Below the pieces are notes generated by a model. The model searched no databases and was not told the DNA's origin. It worked only from the letters and a program-made list of their open reading frames with translations. From assembly GCA_965243135.1 (NCBI GenBank), contig OZ251539.1, positions 3,072,001-3,136,000 of the forward strand: a stretch of DNA of 64,000 bases, given 5' to 3'. Source of the stretch: Alphaproteobacteria bacterium (GTDB lineage Bacteria > Pseudomonadota > Alphaproteobacteria > MPNO01 > UBA830). Shown here piece by piece: positions 1 to 8,759 of this stretch (position 1 is the stretch's first letter; the number at the start of each line of letters is the position of its first letter). The translations under genes and the position numbers were made by a program.

Positions 1-83
1 TTGACCGCCGCCTCGCCGTGCGCGCATGCCGGCGCGAAAATTCCTGCCACGCTCAATATCAGTACCGCCCAGATGAAACGCAA
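1..83 (-). CDS. 5' end of a probable secreted protein running off the left edge
   Basis: Minus strand reads AAGGAGG RBS, then TTG at 83: MRFIWAVLILSVAGIFAPACAHGEAAV, a typical signal peptide. Not in the ORF track. Confidence 0.55.
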   Translation of the reverse strand, partial: MRFIWAVLILSVAGIFAPACAHGEAAV

Positions 84-163
84 CTTTCGACCTCCTTCGT
101 ACATTCGGCGAACGAATAGCAGAAAGGCACCCGAATCGGTAGACGTTCGAAATCGGGCCGCAT

Positions 164-200
164 GCCTGTCCCGCGCTGCGTCGCGCGACAAGCAGCCGGC
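164..200 (+). repeat. Direct repeat, copy 1 (copy 2 at 2067-2108), flanking the AAA-ATPase gene
   Basis: gcctgtcccgcgctgcgtc-gcgcgacaagcagccggc is identical in both copies except for a 5-bp insertion in copy 2. Confidence 0.8.
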
Positions 201-472
201 CCCCCCTGTCGATTCCGAAGCGCAACGCGGCCGGTCGGCACGCGAGGCAGGCGAATCAAGCGTCCCGCCCCTCGTCCCGCCCCTCGTCCCTCCGAAGGCC
301 GCTGCGCGACGCTCTTCGCAGCCACAGCGCGCAGGCCCCGCGGACGCCTTCCCGCGACCTTTCAGACGCTTACCGGTCGAGCGCCGCGCGAGGCGGCGAA
401 CCGGCCGCCGCCGCAGGCCGAACCCGCGTGGCGTTCTTTCGCGGCGGCGGCCGTGTCCGGACAGGAAGCCGT

Positions 473-2014
473 TCAGGCGGCCTCGCAATCGAACCCGACG
501 ACGTTGCGCTCCTCGCGGCTGAACTCCACTCCGATCAGGTGGACCGAACGACCGAAATGGCGGTACTTGTCCGCGTAGCCCTTCTCTCGCAGCTGCGCGA
601 TCGCGGTCCCTTCCCGCCCGCGCTCCACCACCTTGAACTCGAACAGGTAGACGCGCCCGTCGGCGCGGATCGCCATGTCGGCGCGCCCCCGGCTGCCGCT
701 GTCCTCGGCCACCGGCTCGAAGCCCTCCATCAGAAAGCAGCTGTGGATAACGCTCGCGTAGTGGGCCTCGTACTTCGCGACGGGGTTGTTCATGTACCAT
801 TGGTGCGGAATGGCGGCGAAAACGCCGCGGAACAGGGTCCCGATGCGCTTGAAGTCGTTCGCCTCCAGCAATTCGCCCAGCCGCAAGCGCCCCGTCTTCT
901 TGCGCGCCTCGGCCGGGAGCAGTTCTCCCAGCAGGGCCTCGCCCAGGCTCTGGCGCACCTCGAGGTTCGGGTAGTCCAGCCTGTAACGTCTCCCGCCGTC
1001 CTCCTCGCCGGCGATGGTCAGGTAGCCGGTCTGGAACAGAAGCGCCTCGACCGAGATATTGTCCACGTCGAAGGCCGAGAGCAGGCTCTCGCTGCCGGTC
1101 ATGCCGTCCAGGTCGGGAGTGGGCAGGCCGCGGCGCGCCAGCGTCTCGACCAGGAAGGTCGGCGTGCCGCTCTCGAACCAGTAGTTGCCGAACCTGCGCT
1201 CGGCGAGCAGCAGCAGGACGCCGAACGGGTTGTAGAGCTTCTCCGGCCCGCACCAGTTGTAGCCGTTGTACCAGCGCCGGATTTCGTCCCGGTCCAGGCC
1301 CTCCAGTTCCGGGGCGAAGACCGCGTCCAGCTCCGCGTCCGTGTAGCCGCAAATGTCGGAGAACTCCGGCGCCAACGTGATGTCGCGCAGGTTGTTCAGG
1401 CCAGAGAACAGGCCAGCTTTCGAGAACTTGCTCACCCCCGTCAGGAAAACGAAACGGAGCTGCCTGTCGCAAGCCTTGATCGCCCCGTACAGGCTGCGCA
1501 GGAAATCGCGGTTGGCCCGCGCCAGATCCCGATCGCCGAGCGCGTCCAGAATCGGCTTGTCGTACTCGTCCACCAGAACGACCGCCCGCTGTCCGGTGCG
1601 CTCGTGCAGGGCCGCGATCAGTTCCCGGAAGCGGATCGAAACTCTGGCGCTGCCCGGCTCGATGCCGGCCAGCCTCTCCGCCGCCTTCAGTTGCGATTCC
1701 GTTTCTTCCCGAACCCCGTCCGGGTCGCCGAAATCGCCCCCGCCGAAATCCAGCCGCACGACCGGATGGCGCGCCGACCAGTCCCACCCGTCGTGCACGG
1801 CGAGACCCCGGAACAGCTCCTCGCTTCCCTCGAACAGCTCCTGCAGCGTGTCCACCAGCAAGCTCTTGCCGAACCGGCGCGGACGCGACAGGAAGTAGTA
1901 ATCGCCTCCTTCGACAAGGCGGCGCAGATGGTCCGTCTTGTCGACGTAGTGGCAGTCTCTCGTCCGGATTTTCCGGAGGGACGTCATGCCGATCGGAAGC
2001 ATGCGTTTCGTCAT
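473..2014 (-). CDS. AAA-ATPase-like domain plus C-terminal PD-(D/E)XK nuclease (PDDEXK_9/DUF1703-type) protein
   Basis: LPIG..YVDKT, SRPRRFGKS Walker A, VLVDEYDKP Walker B, YNGY, GRADM..FEFK..QL motifs. Start placed at MTKRMLPIG. Confidence 0.9.
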   Translation of the reverse strand: MTKRMLPIGMTSLRKIRTRDCHYVDKTDHLRRLVEGGDYYFLSRPRRFGKSLLVDTLQELFEGSEELFRGLAVHDGWDWSARHPVVRLDFGGGDFGDPDGVREETESQLKAAERLAGIEPGSARVSIRFRELIAALHERTGQRAVVLVDEYDKPILDALGDRDLARANRDFLRSLYGAIKACDRQLRFVFLTGVSKFSKAGLFSGLNNLRDITLAPEFSDICGYTDAELDAVFAPELEGLDRDEIRRWYNGYNWCGPEKLYNPFGVLLLLAERRFGNYWFESGTPTFLVETLARRGLPTPDLDGMTGSESLLSAFDVDNISVEALLFQTGYLTIAGEEDGGRRYRLDYPNLEVRQSLGEALLGELLPAEARKKTGRLRLGELLEANDFKRIGTLFRGVFAAIPHQWYMNNPVAKYEAHYASVIHSCFLMEGFEPVAEDSGSRGRADMAIRADGRVYLFEFKVVERGREGTAIAQLREKGYADKYRHFGRSVHLIGVEFSREERNVVGFDCEAA

Positions 2015-2020
2015 CCAAAG

Positions 2021-2049
2021 AGAGTAGGCCGCCGTGCCGGAACCGTCAA
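2021..2049 (-). promoter_or_regulatory. sigma70-like promoter, probably leaderless transcript
   Basis: TTGACG-N17-TACTCT, then 6 nt to the ATG at 2014, with no RBS. Confidence 0.65.
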
Positions 2050-2202
2050 GAAGTCGGCGGCGGCAGGCCTGTCCCGCGCTGCGTCCCCTGGCGCGACAAG
2101 CAGCCGGCAATTTCCGCGGCGGCACGGGCGGGCGGCGGGGAAAAGCGCGGAGGCGAGCGAACCCGCCGCTCCGCGGAAATCCTGCCCCGCCCGCAGCAGG
2201 CG

Positions 2203-2530
2203 ACCACGATTGCAAGTACGTTCGACACGCTCAACGAGCGGCTTGGAGGCCGCGGGCGAACGCCTACGGAAGGCGCCGCCAGCAAAGGCGACGCGCGTCG
2301 GCACCGACGTCAACGCCGGCTTCGCGAGCCTCGACGGCAAGGTCGACGCCCTCGTCGCGGAAACCAGGGCCGACGCAACGCGACGGCAAGCGCCCTCGCC
2401 AGGGAAAGCCGCGCGCCTCGAAACCAGTACGATGATCGTCGCGGCAGGCCTCGCAGCCATACCTGCAGCTGGTTCGGCGCCGGAGATCCGCGCCCGCGAC
2501 GACATGCGCCGCAAGCGGCGAAACGCCTGA
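2203..2530 (+). pseudogene. Degenerate DUF1640/CCDC90-like coiled-coil membrane protein
   Basis: TTIASTFDTLNERL / (frameshift) LEAAG ... VNAGFASLDGKVDAL ... RLETSTMIVAAGLAA. FDTL..RLEAAG is the family N-terminal motif. No intact start. Confidence 0.45.
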
Positions 2531-2697
2531 ACGCCCGGCAACGGTTCCGTCGAACGAGAGCGTCGTCCGGTCGAGCGAGCGGATTTCCGCCGCCGAACCT
2601 CCATGGGCTCGTTCGAAGCCATCAACCGAAGCGGCTCGCGAAAGCGAAAACCCGGAAATGCAACGCAAAGCAGGATCACCCTGACGCGGCGCAGGCG

Positions 2698-3192
2698 TCA
2701 CCCGACTCGATCGAGAACGACGAAGGAATGATCGTGATCGTCTCCGGCGCCCGCCCGGCGACGGACCCGCGAAACTTCCCGCCATTCGGCGCGAATCCGT
2801 TGCGGAAAATAGACGTCGCCCTCGACCGTGGCGTGGACTTCGGTAAGGTAACATCTGTCGGCAAGCGGCAGCGCCGCGCGATAGATGGCTTCGCCCCCGA
2901 TCGCGAGGACCTCTCCAGCGGCTCCGATCATCGCGGCCGCGCAGGCGAGAGCGCTTTCGAAATCGGGCGCCGCCTTCACTCCGGCAAGACCGGCATTCCG
3001 CGTGACGACGATGTTCTCGCGGTCCGGCAACGGCCGGCCGATGGACTCATGGGTCTTTCGTCCCATCACGACGGGCTTGCCCGCCGTGATCCTCCTGAAA
3101 TGCCGGAGGTCGCTCGAAAGGCGCCACGGCAGGCCCCCGTTCCTGCCGATGACGCCGTTCTCCGAGACGGCGGCGATGAGCGCGAGCCTCAC
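2698..3192 (-). CDS. folA: Dihydrofolate reductase
   Basis: IAAVSENGVIG..LPW..D.HF..T.GKPVVMGRKT.ESIGRPLPDR..IGG..GDVYFP; directly downstream of thyA. Confidence 0.97.
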   Translation of the reverse strand: MRLALIAAVSENGVIGRNGGLPWRLSSDLRHFRRITAGKPVVMGRKTHESIGRPLPDRENIVVTRNAGLAGVKAAPDFESALACAAAMIGAAGEVLAIGGEAIYRAALPLADRCYLTEVHATVEGDVYFPQRIRAEWREVSRVRRRAGAGDDHDHSFVVLDRVG

Positions 3193-3194
3193 GA

Positions 3195-3989
3195 TCAGAC
3201 CGCGACGGCCGCGGGGATGTGGGGGTGGAACCGGTAGCTCTCCAGCGTGAAGTCCTCGTAGGTGAAGTCGAAAATGTCGTCCACGGCGGGAGCCAGCCGC
3301 ATCGTCGGCAGCGGATAGGGCGAACGGAGGAGCTGCTCGTCGGCCTGTTCGACATGGTTCGCGTATAGATGGGCGTCGCCCAGCGTATGCACGAACTCGC
3401 CCGCTTCGAGGCCGGTTACCTGCGCCATCATCATCGTCAGCAGCGCATAGGAGGCGATGTTGAAGGGCACCCCCAGGAAGACGTCGGCGCTGCGCTGATA
3501 GAGCTGGCAGGAAAGACGGCCGTTCGCGACATGAAACTGGAACAGGCAGTGACAGGGCGGCAACGCCATGGCGGGGATTTCCGGAACGTTCCAGGCGCTG
3601 ACCAGCAGGCGCCGCGAATCAGGATCGGTCCTGATCTCCTCGACGACCCGGGAAATCTGATCGACGGTCGCGCCGTCGGCCGCCCGCCAGGAACGCCATT
3701 GGGCCCCGTAGACCGGCCCGAGGTCGCCTTCGGCGTCGGCCCACTCGTCCCAGATCGTGACGCCGTTCTCGTTGAGCCACGCGACGTTGGTATCGCCCCG
3801 GAGAAACCAGAGAATCTCGTAGATGACTGATTTGACGTGAATTTTTTTTGTCGTGACCAGCGGAAATCCGTCGCTCAGATCGAACCTCATCTGATGGCCG
3901 AACACGCTGTAGGTCCCCGTGCCCGTGCGGTCGCCCTTGCGGTAGCCGGTCTTGCGCACGCGCCGCATGAGGTCGAGATATTGCTGCAT
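3195..3989 (-). CDS. thyA: Thymidylate synthase
   Basis: [22 protein letters not shown] catalytic Cys, [18 protein letters not shown]. Start at MQQYLDL (an upstream ATG at 4004 is possible). Confidence 0.98.
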   Translation of the reverse strand: MQQYLDLMRRVRKTGYRKGDRTGTGTYSVFGHQMRFDLSDGFPLVTTKKIHVKSVIYEILWFLRGDTNVAWLNENGVTIWDEWADAEGDLGPVYGAQWRSWRAADGATVDQISRVVEEIRTDPDSRRLLVSAWNVPEIPAMALPPCHCLFQFHVANGRLSCQLYQRSADVFLGVPFNIASYALLTMMMAQVTGLEAGEFVHTLGDAHLYANHVEQADEQLLRSPYPLPTMRLAPAVDDIFDFTYEDFTLESYRFHPHIPAAVAV

Positions 3990-4065
3990 CGTCCGTATAT
4001 CCATGAAGGGGCCCGCACGATGATATTTTTTTATTTCACTCCTGTCCGAATCGTCCTATATATAA

Positions 4066-4352
4066 GGGGCCGGCACGGTTCGGCTATGGCGATAAACGGC
4101 TTGTGGAATAAACGTCGTGGACCCGGGGGCGGTACCCGGCGCCTCCACCAAATCGCATCCTCCGTCTTCGCGGCGGGGATGAGGTGCGGGGGCGAAACAG
4201 GATCGACACGCGTCTAAAGACATGCTTTTCGCCCGGTATGGCACCGCCGTTAGCGGGCCGACAACACAAGTGCCAACGATAACGAATTGGCTCTCGCTGC
4301 CTAGATTTGGGCAAGCGCGGTTCGGGGGCGCCGGGCAACAGAAGCCCCCACT
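4066..4352 (+). ncRNA. ssrA: Two-piece (circularly permuted) alphaproteobacterial tmRNA
   Basis: Acceptor piece ends CGCCTCCACCA at 4150, followed by an intervening hairpin (4151-4187). Coding piece starts GGGGGCGAAACAGGATCGAC at 4188 and pairs with the acceptor strand (G3-U70). Tag ANDNELALAA-stop at 4272-4304. Outer ends approximate. Confidence 0.95.
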
Positions 4353-4481
4353 TTCCTTTTTCTACACTCTGGAACACTCAATACGCAGCCCCCGACCAAC
4401 GTGGGACCTGTGGCGGCGGGTATCTTCAAACGGCCCCAGGACGCGTGAGGGTGATCCAGCAGAATTATGCCACGTGTATGA

Positions 4482-5102
4482 ATGCGTGTCCTGTCGAACA
4501 TCCAGCCGACGCCCGAGCAGCTGAAGATATTGGTTGACGACCTTTCGGGTTTTCGGCTGATGCGAGGCGCGGCCGGCTGCGGCAAGACAACTACGGCGCT
4601 ACTGCGCCTCCGCCAACTTTGCCGGTCACGGCAGAACAGAAAGAATCGGCTGGGCCACGAAGACCCTGTCCAGGTTCTCGTTCTTACTTTCAACAGAACG
4701 CTCCGCAGCTATGTCTTGCAACTTGTCAGGGAGCGGATTCCGAACTCGGACGATTTCGTCATGCTGCTGTCCTTTCACCCCGACGTTCTCGACCACCAAG
4801 GTGTGGTTTTCACGACGACGAACAACATCTATCCCGCTTGCGAGCGCGCCGAAGGGCTTGCCGGTTTCGAAGCGATGTTCGCTGACCGGGTTGTCGGCCG
4901 TTACGGCCGAATGCATAAGGATAAGAAGCCTGCTTGGCCCACGGACCGGCAAGCGGAAGTTCTGTATCCGGGCGAATTGTCGTGCAACCACCTGCTCACG
5001 ATAGAAGTTCAGATGGAACGGACTGCCGACACGATAATGGGCGCGTTGGGGAGCCTCGACATGGATTTGTGCGTTCGCCACGCGCCGGAGGTGTTCTTAT
5101 GA
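4482..5102 (+). pseudogene. In-frame chimera: UvrD/SF1 helicase N-terminus fused to a DarT (DUF4433)-like C-terminal half
   Basis: aa 1-92 carry PTPEQ, GAAGCGKT (motif I) and VLTFNRTL (motif Ia). After about nt 4758 come VVFTTTNNIY and PTDRQAEVLYP, resembling the DarT catalytic-Glu motif. Both domains are incomplete. Confidence 0.65.
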
Positions 5103-6805
5103 AGCAGCGAGACATGTTCCCCGGATCCATAGCGTCGCGTAGCGTGGAGGCTTCCGACGACCGGAGGGAAAGCACTCGGAGATCCGCTCTGTGGGCAGCT
5201 TATGGCGACGCGCTCGGGTGGATCAGCGAATTGGCGGACGAGTCGGGGCTGCGGCGTCGGACAGGCGGCGCGGCGCTGCGCCGACCCGTCGAATGGACTC
5301 GGCGGATTGGCGGCCGCGCAGGCGTTCAGGTTCCGCTTCCGCAAGGCTGCTATTCTGACGATTCGCAGTTGCGGCTCGCGACAAGCCGCGCCGTCGGCGT
5401 CGACGGCTTCGATGTCGAGGCGTTCGCCAAGGTGGAACTGCCGATCTGGCTGAGCTACGCGCTCGGCGGAGGAAAATCGACGAGCGCCGGCGCGCGCAAC
5501 CTGGCCAGGCGCGGCACGCGCTGGTTCTCCAACAGCTTCAAGGGATGGGCGCGGTCTGGAGGAAACGGCGCGGCGATGCGCGTTCAGCCGCACGTATGGG
5601 CATCGCCCGCTCCCGGCGCCGCAGAGAGCTTTCTTCCCGACGTGGTGCGCAACGCGATTTGCACTCATTCTCATCCAACCGGAATCATGGGTGCGGTTTT
5701 GCATGCGCTTACGGTCGCTCGCGCGGCGGAAACCGGTCGGCTCCCGTCTCCCGACGACCTCATGACCGCCGTTGATACCGCGGCTGCCCTCCCGGAAATG
5801 ATCCAGGGCGATACGGAGGTTGGAGTTTATTGGCGCATGGCCGTAGAAGCGGAGACGGGCGCATTCGACGAAGCGTGGGCTCGGGCGGTCGGCAAATGCC
5901 GGGAGGCCGTTGACGAAGCGATCCGGATCGTCGGTAGGAGCGCTTCCGAGCCGACGGGAGCGAATGGTTACGCAGCGCTCGTCGCAGGCTTTCGGCTACG
6001 GGACGCGGATAGAAGAGGGGACGGCATTTTGACGGCGGTGACCGCCGCAAGCTTGGGATGGTGCGAGCCGCGACCCGAAGAAGCTTTGGTCCTCGTCGCG
6101 AATGCGCTCGGCACGGATACCGACACCATCGCAACGATGGCCGGCGCGATTTTCGGCTTTATCGCCGAAGCCGAGCCGCCGGTCGATGTTCTCGACGCGA
6201 CGTTGTTCCGGTCGGAAGCTGACCGGCTGGCGGAGATCGCGCACGGCGGTGGAAGAACCGTGCACCGCTATCCTGATTTGCTGCATTGGGTGGCGCCGGC
6301 GACGCGCAGCGATGCATTGACCAGATTGGAGGATGGAGCTTTATGGGTGCGCGGGCTTGGACGGGCCGTGGCGAAAGACAATCCTATCGCCCCGGAGAAG
6401 GGCGAATTCCAGTGGCAGTGGGTCGAACTCGAAGACACGGGTCAAACTTTGTTGATCAAACGCCGCGAGGTTCTCGCCTTATACGAGGAAACGACCGGCG
6501 CGGCGCCACCCTCGGGACGCGGTGCGTCGGATCCGGCCTCTCTGCAAACCGGAAAAATCGCGGAAACTTCGTCGAAATTTGTACAGAATCCTTCAGGGAG
6601 CGCGAGCGAACGTCCCAACGCGCCGCATGACCTGCAAGGCGTTCTGGAATACATGGAGAAGAACAAGAACGATGACCGGCTTGTTGGCGCCACGTTCCGC
6701 CGTGTCGTCAACAAGGGCACGCCGGGAGAAATCGCAGCGTTCACCGCAGCGATGATAGATATGCTCCGACATCCTGCAGACGCCCAGCGCCGCAGCTCAG
6801 CGTAA
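5099..6805 (+). CDS. ADP-ribosylglycohydrolase (ARH/DraG family) with C-terminal extension
   Basis: AAYGDALGW, YSDDSQL, GNGAAMR, THSHP and DTDTIATMAGAI motifs; ATGA overlap with the upstream ORF. Confidence 0.9.
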   Translation: MKQRDMFPGSIASRSVEASDDRRESTRRSALWAAYGDALGWISELADESGLRRRTGGAALRRPVEWTRRIGGRAGVQVPLPQGCYSDDSQLRLATSRAVGVDGFDVEAFAKVELPIWLSYALGGGKSTSAGARNLARRGTRWFSNSFKGWARSGGNGAAMRVQPHVWASPAPGAAESFLPDVVRNAICTHSHPTGIMGAVLHALTVARAAETGRLPSPDDLMTAVDTAAALPEMIQGDTEVGVYWRMAVEAETGAFDEAWARAVGKCREAVDEAIRIVGRSASEPTGANGYAALVAGFRLRDADRRGDGILTAVTAASLGWCEPRPEEALVLVANALGTDTDTIATMAGAIFGFIAEAEPPVDVLDATLFRSEADRLAEIAHGGGRTVHRYPDLLHWVAPATRSDALTRLEDGALWVRGLGRAVAKDNPIAPEKGEFQWQWVELEDTGQTLLIKRREVLALYEETTGAAPPSGRGASDPASLQTGKIAETSSKFVQNPSGSASERPNAPHDLQGVLEYMEKNKNDDRLVGATFRRVVNKGTPGEIAAFTAAMIDMLRHPADAQRRSSA

Positions 6806-6950
6806 ACGAACCGGTTCACGTTCGGCTGCGCACATGACGATATCGCGCGGAACCTGCCGGGTTCTGCGAGAGAACTCCTGTATACGAAGCTGAACCCCGA
6901 ACGCTGAGTAAAACAAACCTGCTCGCTGCCCGTCCATACCCGGTTTTCGG

Positions 6951-7090
6951 GAGGCGTTTGCGCTGCGCTGTTTTTTGTCGGCGGCCGTCCGCTCGGCACC
7001 CCCGTGGACCCTCCGCCCACCCGTCGGCGAACCCCAAGGGTCGCGCAGGCTGGCGAAAGCGAAGCGCGAAAAATTTTCCGCCGGAAACTC
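6951..7090 (-). repeat. Inverted, degenerate copy of the dispersed repeat associated with the small coiled-coil genes
   Basis: gaggcgtttgcgctgcgctgttttttgtcggcggccgt aligns with the reverse complement of 8820-8863; agcgcgaaaaattttccgccg aligns with about 8793-8810. Confidence 0.55.
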
Positions 7091-7901
7091 GGGGAGCGGA
7101 CTTCCTGCCGTTGCGGTCGTTGTCTGAACGCGGCGTCCGGCAACGCAGGCGGCTCTGGCCGAACACGCGCTGGCGTCGAGCGCGGCGAAGCGCTTGGCGC
7201 GAAGGCGAGTTCAGCCGAGCCCACGGAGCGGTTTGCCGGGCTGCAGGGCGAGGCCGGCGCGGCGGGCGCTCGGTTTGCGCACCGTCAACCGTTCGGGAAC
7301 GACGGGCGAGCCCGTTCATGGGAACGCTCGCCGACCTCGACCGGGCGGTTTCCGGCGCCCTGTCGCCGGTGCCGATAACGAATGCCCGGAGCGGAAATGA
7401 AACCCGTCTCGTCAATGTCGCGCGCTCGGGAGACGCTCTACCGTCGCCGGGCGCCTGCCTCGAAACGTGGCGGGCCGGTTCGCCACGGCCGAGCATCCGT
7501 TTCTCGCCGAACGTTCGCCGCGAGCCTCGGCCGTGGCGCCGCGCCCGAGGCGGTTTGCCGCGGCGCGAAGAACATGCTGCGGAGAAACGCCGCCCTGCGT
7601 CGTCCGCGAGGCCGGCAAGCTTCGGCGGCGAATTCTCCGGGATTCCGTCGTCGTCCGCCCCGTAGACTGTCGACGAAAGGCCGAACGCGGAACGAACCTC
7701 CCCTGCGCCGCAAGGTCGAAGCGCTGTCGCGCGCGGAGAAAGCCGGTCTTCTTCTTGAGGAACGCACCGTCGCGGTAGCCGCCCGAGGCGGGCTGGCCGC
7801 GCTTCGGAGTTCCGGGGACGTTGCCCGGCCTTCCCCCGGCTTCGGCGCGGAAAACGGGGCGGCGCGGAAATTCGCGCCGCCTCATGCCGCCGACAGGATA
7901 G

Positions 7902-7930
7902 TTGCGCGGCGCGAACGTTTCGCATACGTT
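7902..7930 (+). promoter_or_regulatory. sigma70-like promoter conserved before all four small coiled-coil genes
   Basis: TTGCGC-N17-TACGTT here, at 8394-8422, and on the minus strand upstream of 32764 and 33266. Confidence 0.6.
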
Positions 7931-7958
7931 CGTCTTCCCGAAGTCACTGGAACATCTT

Positions 7959-8321
7959 ATGGAACAGTTCTCTTCCGAACTCGTCGCCATTCTTGGTGTC
8001 GGCGCTTCCATGCTTGGCGTCGGCATTACCGTTATCGGGCTGGTTCTTCAGCAGGGCCGCCGGATCGACCGCCGGATCGACGGCCTTGCCCTGCGCATGG
8101 ACGAACAGGACCGGCGGACGGATGACCGGTTCCGGCAGCTGACCGATCAGATGAACGAACGGTTCCGGCAGCTGACCGATCAGATGAACGAGCAATTCCG
8201 GCAGATGAACGAGCAGTTCCAGAGGTTGAGCGAGCGCGTCGCGCGAGTCGAGGGCAAGTTCGACCTGCTCGAGGCTTTCGTCGAGCACCGGAAGGAGCCG
8301 CCGGCCGAGGCGGCGGAATAG
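7959..8321 (+). CDS. Small N-terminal TM plus coiled-coil protein, paralogue A (120 aa)
   Basis: Hydrophobic LVAILGVG..VIGLVL, repeated RFRQLTDQMNE, LSERVARVEG; near-identical paralogues elsewhere in the window. Confidence 0.85.
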   Translation: MEQFSSELVAILGVGASMLGVGITVIGLVLQQGRRIDRRIDGLALRMDEQDRRTDDRFRQLTDQMNERFRQLTDQMNEQFRQMNEQFQRLSERVARVEGKFDLLEAFVEHRKEPPAEAAE

Positions 8322-8450
8322 CGGCGCCCCGCTTCGGCGCGGAAAACGGCGCGGCGCGGAAATTCGCGCCGTCTCATGCCGCCGAGAAGATAGTTGCGCA
8401 GCGCGCGCATTTCGCGTACGTTCGCCTTTCCGAATTCGCAAGGGCGTCGT

Positions 8451-8759
8451 ATGGAACAGTTTTCTTCGGAACTCCTCGCCATTCTTGGCGTCGGCATCGC
8501 CGTTATCGGGCTGGTTCTTCAGCAGGGCCGCCGGCTCGACCGCCGGATCGACGGCCTTGCCCTGCGCATGGACGAACAGGATCGGCGGACGGACGACCGG
8601 TTCCGGCAGCTGACCGATCAGATGAACGAGCAATTCCGGCAGATGAACGAGCAGTTCCAGAGGTTGAGCGAGCGCGTCGCGCGAGTCGAAGGCAAGTTCG
8701 ACCTGCTCGAGGCTTTCGTCGAGCACCGGAAGGAGCCGCCGGCCGAGGCGGCGGAATAG
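8451..8759 (+). CDS. Small TM plus coiled-coil protein, paralogue B (102 aa)
   Basis: Tandem duplicate of 7959-8321 lacking one 7-aa and one 11-aa unit. Confidence 0.85.
   Translation: MEQFSSELLAILGVGIAVIGLVLQQGRRLDRRIDGLALRMDEQDRRTDDRFRQLTDQMNEQFRQMNEQFQRLSERVARVEGKFDLLEAFVEHRKEPPAEAAE

Noticed and set aside
99-113. GTAC-N7-GAAC LexA-like site before the secreted protein
   Set aside because: A single mismatched site with a GC-rich spacer; could arise by chance.
262-292. 12-bp tandem repeat gtcccgcccctc x2.5
   Set aside because: Short intergenic slippage repeat with no supportable function.
428-2530. 700-aa + strand ORF and other long antisense ORFs (e.g. 28283-31744, 23462-25987, 47906-50377)
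   Set aside because: Shadow ORFs opposite well-supported genes, expected at high GC; no motifs. Only the last ~100 aa of 428-2530 overlap the DUF1640-like relic.
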